In this document: piece after piece, positions 29,088 through 38,828 of the stretch
How positions within the stretch are numbered: position 1 is the first letter of the stretch
How the letters are laid out: each line of letters opens with the position of its first letter
Source of the DNA: a virus
Strand: one strand, 5' to 3'
IMG/VR virus record: IMGVR_UViG_3300042892_002669
Location: 13,106-77,105 of that record
Length of the DNA stretch: 64,000 nucleotides
Program-made: the position numbers and the translations under genes
Notes under the pieces: generated by a model
The model's database searches: none
Seen by the model: the letters and a program-made list of their open reading frames with translations, nothing else
Told to the model about the DNA's origin: nothing

Positions 29088-30045
29088 TATTTTTCCTCTG
29101 CATTTCTATTTTTATTTTACTAGTGGTCGCACTCTGTAGTATACTTAACAGAGTGGGAAACTTGCCATATTTAATTACTGCATCATTAACATCTTTTATC
29201 TCATCGTGCCAACTGGGTATGCTTACACTGTATCCCAACTCTATGGCTCGTTCACACACTGCCATACCTGGCTTGTCTCTGTCAGGAACAAATATAATTT
29301 GACGATTCAGTTGTCTCAGTAACCTTGATTGCATGTCACTGATATCATTGTGCATCAATGCGCAACCATCTATACTCAGTGCATCAAATATGCCTTCAAC
29401 CAAGATACACACTTGCCAGTCTGCCTTCTGTTGATCGTAACCAAATACATATCCCGGTTGTTGATCGTTGATGTACTTGGGTATTCTAGTGTCCAAGAAT
29501 CTGCTGGTATTGCCCACTATAGTGTTTTGATAGGTATATGGTACTATAACTCGGTTACTGTTTCTGCCAGTGGCAGTGGGTGATACAAAGAATTTGAACT
29601 CTACTGGATTTACTTTTCTAGACAACAGGTAGTCAACATAAACTTTATGCTGTGGGTTGGTCAAATCTAACGGTTCACTGTCAGGCAACTGAGTTTGTTT
29701 AAAGTGTAGGGGCTTTTCTTTTTTAAACTTCTTGGTAAAGTCCAATAGGTCTTTGTTCTGCAGGCTTTCCAAGTTCCAGCGTTGTATCTGTTGTTGATCT
29801 ACGCCGCACCAAGTTAGAAAGTCTCTGGTTTTCTTACTTAGACTGTTGCCAATTTCCAGATTACAACTGTATCCACAATTGAAACAATGATATACCCAAT
29901 TGGCGCCTTCAGTAAACTTGATGCCACCGCGCTGCCGTCTGTCCACGGTGTGACCGCGCTTGTCGCAGCAGGGCGCATTGAAGCTATGCCAGCCGCTGCC
30001 GCTTACTTTCTTCTTACCAGGAACAATCAATAAAATATCAAACAT
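29071..30045 (-). CDS. DNA primase (gp61-like; Zn finger plus TOPRIM)
   Basis: PCC...YHCFNCG; LVEGIFDALSI; VPDRDKPG; KDVND. Confidence 0.92.
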   Translation of the reverse strand: MFDILLIVPGKKKVSGSGWHSFNAPCCDKRGHTVDRRQRGGIKFTEGANWVYHCFNCGYSCNLEIGNSLSKKTRDFLTWCGVDQQQIQRWNLESLQNKDLLDFTKKFKKEKPLHFKQTQLPDSEPLDLTNPQHKVYVDYLLSRKVNPVEFKFFVSPTATGRNSNRVIVPYTYQNTIVGNTSRFLDTRIPKYINDQQPGYVFGYDQQKADWQVCILVEGIFDALSIDGCALMHNDISDMQSRLLRQLNRQIIFVPDRDKPGMAVCERAIELGYSVSIPSWHDEIKDVNDAVIKYGKFPTLLSILQSATTSKIKIEMQRKNIVKRL

Positions 30046-30093
30046 GCTAGTATTATAGCATACTGTAAGACAAAAGTATAGCAGTGTGGTATC

Positions 30094-30870
30094 TTATCTT
30101 ACCAAAACTCCAGCTACATCACCTGCTGTGCCGGCAAATTCTATACGATAGAATGGATGAGCACCATTGGGAATAGTATAGCCAATTGTAGTTGAGTTGG
30201 TGCTGTATGTGTAAACATCATCAATTGCATACCAATCACCTTGCACCTCAGTGGACGCTTGCAATTGTACCGTACCGGTATAATTACTGTATGCTACCTG
30301 CATGGTAACAGTGGAGTCTGATGCCAATTGAAATACACTGCTATAAAAGGTAACCGCCACGTTTCCAACTGGATATTGGTGACTGGGTATCCCAACTATC
30401 TGGGATGGTACGAATTCGGGCAGTATGCTGTCTAGTACCTGTATTACTCCACTGGCGGTGGTGTCTGAGTCTGCAAACACTGGGTACCCAGCTTCAGTTG
30501 ATCCAGAGTCTTTCCACTCCAATGAGTACCTGCACATTTGTGATGTGATTGTATTCAACTCACCGTCGGTGACTTCTAATATAGCAATACCAGTTAATGG
30601 CAGCGCACCCAGTGTTGGATCAGTACTAAGAGCTTTGGTCATTAGTACACTCTTATTGTCATCACTGAGCAATCTGAACGATATTTCTTTTCCAGTGACA
30701 TCAACTGGCTTTTGCTCTTGGTTTAAAAATTGGAATTGAATCTTATTTTTAACGCCCTTGTGCAATTTAATGGTTTTTGCGTACACGTTTTTGTATCTCC
30801 TAGCTGAGTTTCCATGCGAAACCACTACCGTTTGTCTGGGGGTATAGTAATAAACAGAGGTTGAGTACAT
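30094..30870 (-). CDS. Hypothetical beta-rich protein, possibly a baseplate/virion component
   Basis: LHKGVKNKIQFQFLNQEQKPVDVTGK Ig-like N-terminus. Confidence 0.55.
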   Translation of the reverse strand: MYSTSVYYYTPRQTVVVSHGNSARRYKNVYAKTIKLHKGVKNKIQFQFLNQEQKPVDVTGKEISFRLLSDDNKSVLMTKALSTDPTLGALPLTGIAILEVTDGELNTITSQMCRYSLEWKDSGSTEAGYPVFADSDTTASGVIQVLDSILPEFVPSQIVGIPSHQYPVGNVAVTFYSSVFQLASDSTVTMQVAYSNYTGTVQLQASTEVQGDWYAIDDVYTYSTNSTTIGYTIPNGAHPFYRIEFAGTAGDVAGVLVR

Positions 30871-30938
30871 GCGAATTAGTCCTTTACACTATTTATTAAA
30901 TTTTTCGGTAATAGTTCCAAGATAAATATCCGTGAATA

Positions 30939-31325
30939 TTGAACCTTATGCATAACGAGTTTTTCACTAACCTAACTGCCAACCATCCATTTATCACGGT
31001 CTGTTCCTATTCGGGACAAGATTATGTGGGTATAATCCAAAACCGTGATGATATAGTCACCACTATGTACGATTATGGGGCTATCGTAACCAATCCATTG
31101 CGTGAAAAGTTCCTAGAATTAGGGGACATTTGGTGGTGGGAAAGCAACAGACTGACGCCCATTAACCTGTTTCTCAAGGATGATTGGTCTGTGTTCAAGC
31201 AGTACTTGCGTACATTCAACAACAAAAGTCTAAACGTGCTGCATGGCCCAATCTGTAGCATCAGCGAGCTGAGCAAAAAGAAATCCAAACGTAAATCTAT
31301 TACCCTAGTCCGGCGTCTTGGATAA
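30939..31325 (+). CDS. Hypothetical protein
   Basis: 128-aa ORF behind GATAAATA (30921-30928); WWWESNR motif and basic C-terminus. Confidence 0.7.
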   Translation: MNLMHNEFFTNLTANHPFITVCSYSGQDYVGIIQNRDDIVTTMYDYGAIVTNPLREKFLELGDIWWWESNRLTPINLFLKDDWSVFKQYLRTFNNKSLNVLHGPICSISELSKKKSKRKSITLVRRLG

Positions 31326-31874
31326 CAAGTTCATGTGTACTACAACCAGATGGGCGTAGCCGATTGCATGCGCTTTCTTAAAACTGTACCCTTCATCGTT
31401 CTTATCCCACACTGTCTTTGCAACTTCGCTCCATGCTTTGCCTATCAAATGCTTTTTTGCTGGTCTGATCAGTGCTAAAAACATGGCCAGTCTGGGAATA
31501 CTGTTCACTGGCTCTGGCATCTTGCGTAAACTATTGTAGTGATTACTCAAGTGCAACAGTCGGCTGACGAAAGCACTGTCATTCAACTGCTTCCAATCAG
31601 GTTCCCGCATCAGTGATATTAACTCTGCTTCATCCTTGATTAAATTGTACACGTGTACATTCAGCAAGTCTAACTTCAAGTAACCACGTTTATCTGCCTC
31701 AGTGTAATCAATATTGGCCATGCTGTTGACTGCATCATAGGGTATGTCAGTTATATGCACGCCAGTGGTGTGCTTGCGCATGGGAGTGACCTTGCGCATG
31801 GCTGCAGGAATATGCTTGATATGTTCAAGTATCTTGCTGCGATCACCAAAGTCAATATCAATGTCAAAGTTCAT
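31305..31874 (-). CDS. Miniature DnaE-like (family C) polymerase catalytic core
   Basis: FDIDIDF, KHTTGVHI, GYLKLDLL, LALIRP and YSFKKAHAIGYA match the ordered DnaE motifs PDxDxDF, KHAGGV, KxDxL, LxRPG and FNKSH. Confidence 0.8.
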   Translation of the reverse strand: MNFDIDIDFGDRSKILEHIKHIPAAMRKVTPMRKHTTGVHITDIPYDAVNSMANIDYTEADKRGYLKLDLLNVHVYNLIKDEAELISLMREPDWKQLNDSAFVSRLLHLSNHYNSLRKMPEPVNSIPRLAMFLALIRPAKKHLIGKAWSEVAKTVWDKNDEGYSFKKAHAIGYAHLVVVHMNLLSKTPD

Positions 31875-32419
31875 GGCTGCATCACGCCTGCATCAATTAG
31901 TTTCCTGTATGCCCTCTGTACCACAATAGCCTGACGTTCTGCATCTTCTACTGCTTTGTGTGTGGTAACATGTCCACCATCTTTTAGTTTAACTCCAGCA
32001 ACTTCATACAGAGTTCTGGTGTCTCTCACTGTGTAGAAGGGCCATGGGCATCTGATATCCAGTTGCGCCCAGGCATTCTCCATGGCCACACAGTCAAACG
32101 CTGCACCATTACTCCACACTGCTCGCTTGTTCCAGCAAAACTTGTAAAGCTGTTGCATGGCATCACGAAAAGGAATTCGGCCTTGGTCTCCCATGGCCTC
32201 CTGCTGTGCTGCCAGACTTTGTGTACCCCACCACCTGAGTGTATCTTCATTGATTGTTCTGTTGAATTGCTCAGTTTGTTCTTCAATGGTGGGGCGCAAT
32301 TCCAGTCGTTCCACTACGCCAGTTCCCTTGGGATCAAATCTGACCGCACCAATAGTAAGTATGACACAGTAAGGACTTGTGTCTAAACTTTCAATGTCAA
32401 TCATTATATCAGTTGCCAT
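31871..32419 (-). CDS. DEDDh 3'-5' exonuclease
   Basis: MIDIESL, WSNGAAFD, RDTRT, HKAVEDA..QA. Confidence 0.88.
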   Translation of the reverse strand: MATDIMIDIESLDTSPYCVILTIGAVRFDPKGTGVVERLELRPTIEEQTEQFNRTINEDTLRWWGTQSLAAQQEAMGDQGRIPFRDAMQQLYKFCWNKRAVWSNGAAFDCVAMENAWAQLDIRCPWPFYTVRDTRTLYEVAGVKLKDGGHVTTHKAVEDAERQAIVVQRAYRKLIDAGVMQP

Positions 32420-32422
32420 ATA

Positions 32423-32665
32423 CTAACTCCATCTTAATACAAAAAAGGTTACTTCTTGATTCGTTGAAAATTCCAGTGTCATTCCTGTTATTGATTCTTT
32501 ACCATTTGCTAGAGTAGCGTCACACCATTCTTCTAATTCTGTTAAGTGCTCATCCCAATACACGTAATCAATCAGCAATACCCAATGATCAGCCTGACAC
32601 GAAGGAAATGCCACTGTCTTAGGACATACAATGAATTTAAGTTTAGAATCTATCTTTTTTATCAT
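32423..32665 (-). CDS. Hypothetical protein
   Basis: 80-aa ORF ending F.LRWS. Confidence 0.6.
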   Translation of the reverse strand: MIKKIDSKLKFIVCPKTVAFPSCQADHWVLLIDYVYWDEHLTELEEWCDATLANGKESITGMTLEFSTNQEVTFFVLRWS

Positions 32666-32679
32666 TTAGATAATTAGAA

Positions 32680-32961
32680 TTACTCACCGTTTACCAGTTG
32701 CTGATTGTCCGATACCAACGCCAACAGTGCATGAGCAGTGAATGTGACCTGCTCCTCAGACAACTTTAAGTTGTAGGCATGATCCAGCATGTGCAGCACT
32801 TCGTGATACACTGCTATTTTTTTAGTTTGATCAGTCATTGTTTGATTGATCCAAATCTCCTGGGTGTTGAAGTTGGCCAGCCCCACTCTGCCTTCCATTT
32901 CTTCAGCAGTCTTGAGTAAGATTTCGTACCGCAATCCACATATTTGTATATTATCTATCAT
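32680..32961 (-). CDS. Small HEXXH (zincin-like) protein
   Basis: IWIN...YHEVLH...E motif. Confidence 0.65.
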   Translation of the reverse strand: MIDNIQICGLRYEILLKTAEEMEGRVGLANFNTQEIWINQTMTDQTKKIAVYHEVLHMLDHAYNLKLSEEQVTFTAHALLALVSDNQQLVNGE

Positions 32962-32964
32962 AGT

Positions 32965-33660
32965 TTACCATTTCAATTCTGTCATCAATTGTTTTATTTC
33001 ATCTGCTTTGTCAACTTCTTTGCTAAATTTAATAGCCCACTGCACTGGATTAATGTAGTCGTAGACCATCTTAACTTGGTCATGAGCCAACTCATCCAGC
33101 AGTTTAACACCACTTTCACTTTGATACAACACCCATGGGCTAATTCGTCCAGTGGTGATAGCATAGCATATCTTGTTTCTGTTACCATAACGCAAGTAAT
33201 CATTTGGTTGTAGTTTTTCAGCTTCAGCCAAATCCAAACAGTGTGACACCGTGCGTGTCACTGCATCCAATGCATTCTCAGTTTTGGTATATTCCAATAG
33301 GAACTTGGTATAGTTTGCATCACTGGTCCATGTATCCAACTTGATATTTTCTTTGAGCAAGAAGTCTACGAATCTGGACACGTTCACGCAATTCATTGCC
33401 ACACTGTAGGCGCCAAATTTTACAAAAGCAGTGTAATAGGCAGACTTGATAAACTCCTCATATGTACGAACTTTTTTACTCAGGCTATTTTTAGTGTAGA
33501 ATTGCAACCAGCTTTGAAATCCTATTTGATTGCCCCTACGGTCTCTCTCCAACCAACGATGTTTATACTCACATATGTGCTTGAGTAATGTACTCTCACG
33601 CACAAAGCTCCTGTTACAAAATTCACACGAGTGCTTGTCAGTTGCCGCGATCTTGCTCAT
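32965..33660 (-). CDS. Hypothetical protein with N-terminal C2H-type zinc finger
   Basis: CEFCNRSF.RE.TL.KHIC; GRISPW motif; in the replication cluster. Confidence 0.7.
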   Translation of the reverse strand: MSKIAATDKHSCEFCNRSFVRESTLLKHICEYKHRWLERDRRGNQIGFQSWLQFYTKNSLSKKVRTYEEFIKSAYYTAFVKFGAYSVAMNCVNVSRFVDFLLKENIKLDTWTSDANYTKFLLEYTKTENALDAVTRTVSHCLDLAEAEKLQPNDYLRYGNRNKICYAITTGRISPWVLYQSESGVKLLDELAHDQVKMVYDYINPVQWAIKFSKEVDKADEIKQLMTELKW

Positions 33661-34234
33661 ATTGTTCTATTTCTTCGTCTGTTATAATATCATTGAGCAC
33701 ACCAATGTCAGCTAATTTTAGATTGGGAAACATAGTTCCCAAGTAGAATTTACGCCGTTGTTGTTTTACAACTTCTTCGCTAACTGCTTTTATATTTTCG
33801 GCTGATTCTTTAGTATATATTTTTGCATAATAGTCAGACACTTCCTTGACTGTTGCTTTGTCTTTTAACAGAGAAACTGCTGCCCTGATATGCGGGATAT
33901 ACTGATGGAACTGTTTTCCCAACTTGGGACTGGCTGCGCACAACATCAACCACTGCAGTTTACTGTGCTTGGCTATTGCCTCATTTAACAGATACGTATT
34001 GGCATGTTTCTCCAAGCTTTGCAAGTAGTACTGTTGAATGCCACTGCTGGCTTTCACTGCACTCATCCAATGAGCCAGCATAAAGGGCACAAACTTTTTA
34101 CGCTGTTCATCAGTTAACCTGTCATAGTAATCATAGTCTTTTCTGTCCAATGCATCCAGTGCAGGAAACAATGGGAAGTCAGTGTCTGTGAACTTTTCGT
34201 CAGCCGAGGTTTTTGTTGTCTTTGCTTTTGCCAT
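33638..34234 (-). CDS. Clamp loader small subunit-like (gp62-like)
   Basis: FVPFML.HWMS, H.KLQW, A...L..I pattern; replication cluster context. Confidence 0.5.
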   Translation of the reverse strand: MAKAKTTKTSADEKFTDTDFPLFPALDALDRKDYDYYDRLTDEQRKKFVPFMLAHWMSAVKASSGIQQYYLQSLEKHANTYLLNEAIAKHSKLQWLMLCAASPKLGKQFHQYIPHIRAAVSLLKDKATVKEVSDYYAKIYTKESAENIKAVSEEVVKQQRRKFYLGTMFPNLKLADIGVLNDIITDEEIEQYEQDRGN

Positions 34235-34737
34235 CAGAATGCCTGGTTATAATCTACAATCTCACAATTTCTACTGACTTCTTTAACAAAATATATGCAT
34301 CTGGGTTTAGGACCATCTTCAATTGGCACACACAAGAACTGACCATTCTTCAATCTGGGCGCATACCAAGTTACATCATGGTAGATATCAATTATCTCAA
34401 TCTCACAGAACGTGGGCTTGAAACTGGTGAGAGGATTGAACTCAAATACCTTGAAGCCTCTGTCATTGATACTGGTAAGTGGCAGTGTTTCCAAGTCACC
34501 CAATTCTGGTTCGCCAATCAACACTTGCCAATCAACTGGCATCTTGATTATTTTTTCTGCGATTCGTAGTACCAGTGCTGGACTGTTAAATGATTCTAAA
34601 AAGATCAGGGGAATGTAATGATAGTCAACGTTTGCTGGATTACTGTTATCCAAAATAGCAAAGCGCAGGTCATCTATTTCTTCCGGAAGAGTTTCAAGAT
34701 TGTAAGCGGAGTTGTTGTCTAGTGTAAGAATTTTCAT
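34234..34737 (-). CDS. Conserved hypothetical protein
   Basis: 167-aa beta-rich ORF behind TTGACT-17-TATAAT. Confidence 0.7.
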   Translation of the reverse strand: MKILTLDNNSAYNLETLPEEIDDLRFAILDNSNPANVDYHYIPLIFLESFNSPALVLRIAEKIIKMPVDWQVLIGEPELGDLETLPLTSINDRGFKVFEFNPLTSFKPTFCEIEIIDIYHDVTWYAPRLKNGQFLCVPIEDGPKPRCIYFVKEVSRNCEIVDYNQAF

Positions 34738-34774
34738 GTTATTATTATAGCAGTATATTAGGAGTAAGTCAATC

Positions 34775-36232
34775 TTATCGGTACTTTAATTTTTCTACAG
34801 TAAATGGATAGTTAGCATCCTTGTAAAATTCTTTCCGCTTGGTCAGGTGCCGCTTGGCAAACTTACAGCTACTGGTTATATCCCAGATCATCACATGATC
34901 TTTGTCTTCAGCTTTTCGGATACCTCGACCAATCGATTGTATAACCCGAACGAAGCTTTTTCCAGGCTCAATAAGAACAAGGTTAAAGATACGGGGTATA
35001 TTAATACCCACAGCAGCAACACCGTAAGTTGCAATAATAATTTTACCAGTACTTGTCGCAATTTCATCATATTCTTCTTTCCTTTCAGTTAATTTTGTTT
35101 CGCCACTTACAAACACACTATCAGGCAGTCTGCTAATTAGTTCTTTACCAGCATTGACACGATCTACCAGTACCAGAGTATTTCCGGTAGCATTGACCTT
35201 GAGAATCAACTCAGCCATTGTATCCAGTCGGTCAGTGTCTTCCAGTAAATGTTTCAACTCACTCTGATAGTTACTGAACTCCACAGTGTCCTGCAGTTGT
35301 ACAATATTTACATGACACTGTGCCAGTACGCCTCTGTCTTGCAATTCACTGGCCGATAATTTGTTGGTAACTGCACCAATACTTACCAGCAGTGATAGCT
35401 GTTGTGATTTCTCTTTTGGAATAGTTCCAGTCAATCCCCACCGAATGGGTACTTTAGCAAATGGACCAGTCAACATTGTTTTTAGTGCATCGGCCTGCGC
35501 CATGTGCGCTTCGTCAACCATGATGCATACCACATCTTCAATAAAGTCTACGATTGAGATTTCAGCTTCACCTGATTTAGTTGCCTTCATCATGTTGTTA
35601 AGGCTTTGCCAAGTGCATATGGTATGCGTCTTGCCAATGTCTTTGCGATCACCAAAGTAAACACCCACATCCAATCCCAAGTTGATGTAGTCTGCTTCAG
35701 TTTGTACCACCAAACTCTTGTTGGGTACGATAACAATGCTACGACCATATTCTTCTACACTTTTGCTCAATGCAGCGGTGATCAGAGTTTTGCCTGCACC
35801 AGTGGCCACTTCTTGCATACTCTGTGGGTTGGCCAGAAAGTCGTTAACAATGGACACTTGATAGTCACGAAATAAAACTGGATCGCCTGCTCGCGGGTGA
35901 CCCACTGGCCATGTTTTGTCGCTGAATGTATCTTCTGTTATCTGTGTAAAATTGAAATGATGAGTGTGCTCTCGCAAATCTTCCAATTCAATATCGTAGC
36001 CAGCGCTGTCAAGCACTGGCAAGATTTCTTCTAGTAGATTTACATAAGTAGAGCCACCCAAGCTGAAATAACTGACCTTGCCATTCCATCTGCCCAGTCT
36101 CACTGATGGCAAATATCGGGCGCCAGGTACATCAAACTCAAACATCTTCATTAACTTTCTGCGTTCTGCTACTTCCAGGCCAATCAGCTTGCAGTTTACT
36201 TCATCTTGTATTATTATTTTACATTGACTCAC
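34775..36232 (-). CDS. uvsW: UvsW-like SF2 DNA helicase
   Basis: RDYQ, ATGAGKT, DEAH, GLTGT, GINIP, QSIGRGIR, HLTKR. Confidence 0.92.
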   Translation of the reverse strand: MSQCKIIIQDEVNCKLIGLEVAERRKLMKMFEFDVPGARYLPSVRLGRWNGKVSYFSLGGSTYVNLLEEILPVLDSAGYDIELEDLREHTHHFNFTQITEDTFSDKTWPVGHPRAGDPVLFRDYQVSIVNDFLANPQSMQEVATGAGKTLITAALSKSVEEYGRSIVIVPNKSLVVQTEADYINLGLDVGVYFGDRKDIGKTHTICTWQSLNNMMKATKSGEAEISIVDFIEDVVCIMVDEAHMAQADALKTMLTGPFAKVPIRWGLTGTIPKEKSQQLSLLVSIGAVTNKLSASELQDRGVLAQCHVNIVQLQDTVEFSNYQSELKHLLEDTDRLDTMAELILKVNATGNTLVLVDRVNAGKELISRLPDSVFVSGETKLTERKEEYDEIATSTGKIIIATYGVAAVGINIPRIFNLVLIEPGKSFVRVIQSIGRGIRKAEDKDHVMIWDITSSCKFAKRHLTKRKEFYKDANYPFTVEKLKYR

Positions 36233-36244
36233 AGTGAGTTATCC

Positions 36245-37303
36245 TTAATAGCCTATTGGCGTGTTATCAGTTAACGAAACAATCTTGCCGGCAAACTTGC
36301 CGCCAGCGTGTTCAAAATCAACAGTGCCCAATTGAATCAGGATGGGCATCTGATGAGTTCTGGCCAACAGTTCATTTGAAATAGTTTCTTTAACGGTTCG
36401 TATAGTGTTGGTGTTGTGTGCGATTCCCAACTCAGCCAACATGTGTTCAACTGGTTCGGCGCTGATATAATTACTATATGGATTAAGATACAGCACATAG
36501 TCACACTCTACACTTTTAAGTAACAGTGCCAGTTCATCCATATTATGGATGTTATGTTGTATATTGGTGTTTACAGCAAAACTTAATTTGGTCACAGTGT
36601 CAGTGTCATTGGCATCAGGTGCTATCTCTTGTTGTAACTGTGGATCAATAGCCACTCCACATGCAGCGAGCTTGGCTATAGTGGACCAGTCAGTTGACAG
36701 TTCCAAGTGTTTCAATGCAGTGTCCAATTGTTCAGATGTAGCAACTATATACAACCTGCCATTGATTCTGGTCAGTGTAGGTTCCCAATACTTGCAGTTT
36801 TCATATAAGGAGACTTCATTGAGTATACCAGTTATCGTATCGCAACAGGTGAATTCAGTGTAGTGCTTGCGAACCATGTCAACAATCAGCTTGAGCGAAC
36901 GTAATCCAAACTCAGCGTAGTAATACTTTTCAGTTTGATGCCACTGCATTACACCAAGTGCCCTAAATTCTTTTACAAAAGAATCTTTGTAGGGACTGCG
37001 CAATATGATAGTGTCAGAATCTACCTTTATATTTGGTACGGTGAATTCACTGGCACTGGGAATAATTTTAGTTGACCAGGGCAGTGCGGCCAGTGCAGCA
37101 ACATCATACTCATATTTGGTAAACTGTTTGTGATATTTTAGCAGCACTTTTTTAAACAGTGCAGCTTGATTGGTAGTGATTGGCTTTCTGGACAAGATAT
37201 TAGTCACTTGCAAACTGTGCAAAAATCTCTTGTCGTAAGAGCCCAGACTAATGTGCGTGAGCAATAACTCTAGCACTTCTTCCGCATTGTGTATTCTGTT
37301 CAT
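36245..37303 (-). CDS. Hypothetical protein
   Basis: 352-aa ORF behind TTGCAT-17-TATAAT. Confidence 0.7.
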   Translation of the reverse strand: MNRIHNAEEVLELLLTHISLGSYDKRFLHSLQVTNILSRKPITTNQAALFKKVLLKYHKQFTKYEYDVAALAALPWSTKIIPSASEFTVPNIKVDSDTIILRSPYKDSFVKEFRALGVMQWHQTEKYYYAEFGLRSLKLIVDMVRKHYTEFTCCDTITGILNEVSLYENCKYWEPTLTRINGRLYIVATSEQLDTALKHLELSTDWSTIAKLAACGVAIDPQLQQEIAPDANDTDTVTKLSFAVNTNIQHNIHNMDELALLLKSVECDYVLYLNPYSNYISAEPVEHMLAELGIAHNTNTIRTVKETISNELLARTHQMPILIQLGTVDFEHAGGKFAGKIVSLTDNTPIGY

Positions 37304-37350
37304 GTGTTCAATTATACAGTGTATTCATAAAAAATGCAACATAAATGGAA

Positions 37351-37372
37351 ACAGGGAGCTTGCGCTCCCTGT
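37351..37372 (-). terminator. Probable intrinsic terminator
   Basis: ACAGGGAGC-4nt-GCTCCCTGT stem followed by UUCCAUUU on the minus strand. Confidence 0.6.
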
Positions 37373-37389
37373 GGACACTTGCAAAAATA

Positions 37390-38424
37390 CTAGCGTTTCA
37401 TACATGTACTAACTGCAAGATTGCGCCAGTTATTTGGACTGATCTTAACTAAGTCTGCAATTTTCAAACACATACGCAAACTTAATTCATGCACTCTATT
37501 TTTATTTTCAGCAATAAAGTCCAGAATCATATCAGCTTGCGCTGCTTCAAACGCATAGTCTTTAAACAGCCCGCCATCTGCATCACGATGCACTTGCTTG
37601 ATACGCAACATCTTGTCACGCTCAGTATCAATCGTCAAATCTAAAAAGTGACAACGACTTTGCAATGCTTCCAAATGATCTTGCAATTTCTTGCTCTTGA
37701 CATTCTCAAACTTCAAGTTAGTGATAAAGATTGCACTGCCGTGAAAATCAAATTGATCTGGGATTCCCTCACGACGAAGCAATGCGCTGTCACTGTTCCA
37801 GCAGATTTTACGGCGCTTGCCTGAATCAAGTGCTGCTTTCAGAATGTTCAGTGACAAGTCATCTTGAAATACGCTGTCACAGTCATCAAACACCAGAATG
37901 TTTTTCTTGTCACTGAATTTGTACAATTGTGCGTACAAGCCCAGTGCAGTCATTGCACCTTTTACAATCTCATAACGAACACGCTTGCCAGCAAGTTTGT
38001 CAAACATGCTAGCTTTTTCTAGCTGAGTTTCAACACCATAGCTTTTGCCTACACCCGGCGGGCCTGAAACAATCATAGCACGAATATCACTGTTGATACA
38101 TGCGCCCGTCATTTCATCAAGTACCGCAAAACGGGTAGCAATGCGATCCATTGCTTGTTCATCTGTTTCTACTGATTTAATTTCTTTTGCTTTAAATGCA
38201 ATAACGTCTGTTGTCACTTCTGCACTCCCGTCTAAATATTGAATATCGCTGATTGAATCTACTTTTACTCTGACGATCTCATTAGCATGATCGAATTGCC
38301 CATCGTTTTGCACTGTTACATAATTTGCATTCTTGCCAGTTTGATAGCCCTTGACTAACGTGAACACTTGATTTACTACACGACTGTTACGATACTGTCC
38401 GGAGATGATATTAATAGTTGACAT
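37390..38424 (-). CDS. AAA-family P-loop ATPase
   Basis: GPPGVGKS, LVFDDCD, FITN, ALQSR; ATG 38424 lies after the promoter and AAGGA. Confidence 0.85.
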   Translation of the reverse strand: MSTINIISGQYRNSRVVNQVFTLVKGYQTGKNANYVTVQNDGQFDHANEIVRVKVDSISDIQYLDGSAEVTTDVIAFKAKEIKSVETDEQAMDRIATRFAVLDEMTGACINSDIRAMIVSGPPGVGKSYGVETQLEKASMFDKLAGKRVRYEIVKGAMTALGLYAQLYKFSDKKNILVFDDCDSVFQDDLSLNILKAALDSGKRRKICWNSDSALLRREGIPDQFDFHGSAIFITNLKFENVKSKKLQDHLEALQSRCHFLDLTIDTERDKMLRIKQVHRDADGGLFKDYAFEAAQADMILDFIAENKNRVHELSLRMCLKIADLVKISPNNWRNLAVSTCMKR

Positions 38425-38458
38425 TGTTTGCTTCCTTATGTAGTTATCAATACTGTGT

Positions 38459-38487
38459 ATTATACGTGATATGTGATTTACTGTCAA
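38459..38487 (-). promoter_or_regulatory. sigma70-type early promoter with extended -35
   Basis: TTGACAGTAAAT...TATAAT, 17-bp spacer. Confidence 0.85.
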
Positions 38488-38497
38488 CTAAATTGTC

Positions 38498-38731
38498 TCA
38501 AAATACGGCACCCTTGAATTGCTCATAGTCATAGAATGCTACTAACTTATCTTGTTTAAAATACACTGCGATGCCACCCAAATCGTCACATGCGTCATAA
38601 TCTGTAAATTCACGCTCAAACCGGTCTTGCAAATCATTGATTGAGTTGCTATCTACATAAGAATCTTCAAAATCATGTGTGTACGTAGCGCTGTTAATAG
38701 TGTTGCTTTCAACGTCAGTGATATCTCTCAT
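38498..38731 (-). CDS. Small acidic hypothetical early protein
   Basis: ATG 38731 with GGAG RBS downstream of a consensus promoter. Confidence 0.7.
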   Translation of the reverse strand: MRDITDVESNTINSATYTHDFEDSYVDSNSINDLQDRFEREFTDYDACDDLGGIAVYFKQDKLVAFYDYEQFKGAVF

Positions 38732-38764
38732 GTTTTTTGCTCCCAATTGATTAGTTAAGTACAC

Positions 38765-38793
38765 ATTATAGCAGACTGTGCATTTACTGTCAA
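38765..38793 (-). promoter_or_regulatory. sigma70-type early promoter with extended -35
   Basis: TTGACAGTAAAT...TATAAT, 17-bp spacer. Confidence 0.85.
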
Positions 38794-38828
38794 GTGTGTC
38801 TTTTTAGCAACATATTGCTAATTTAGCA

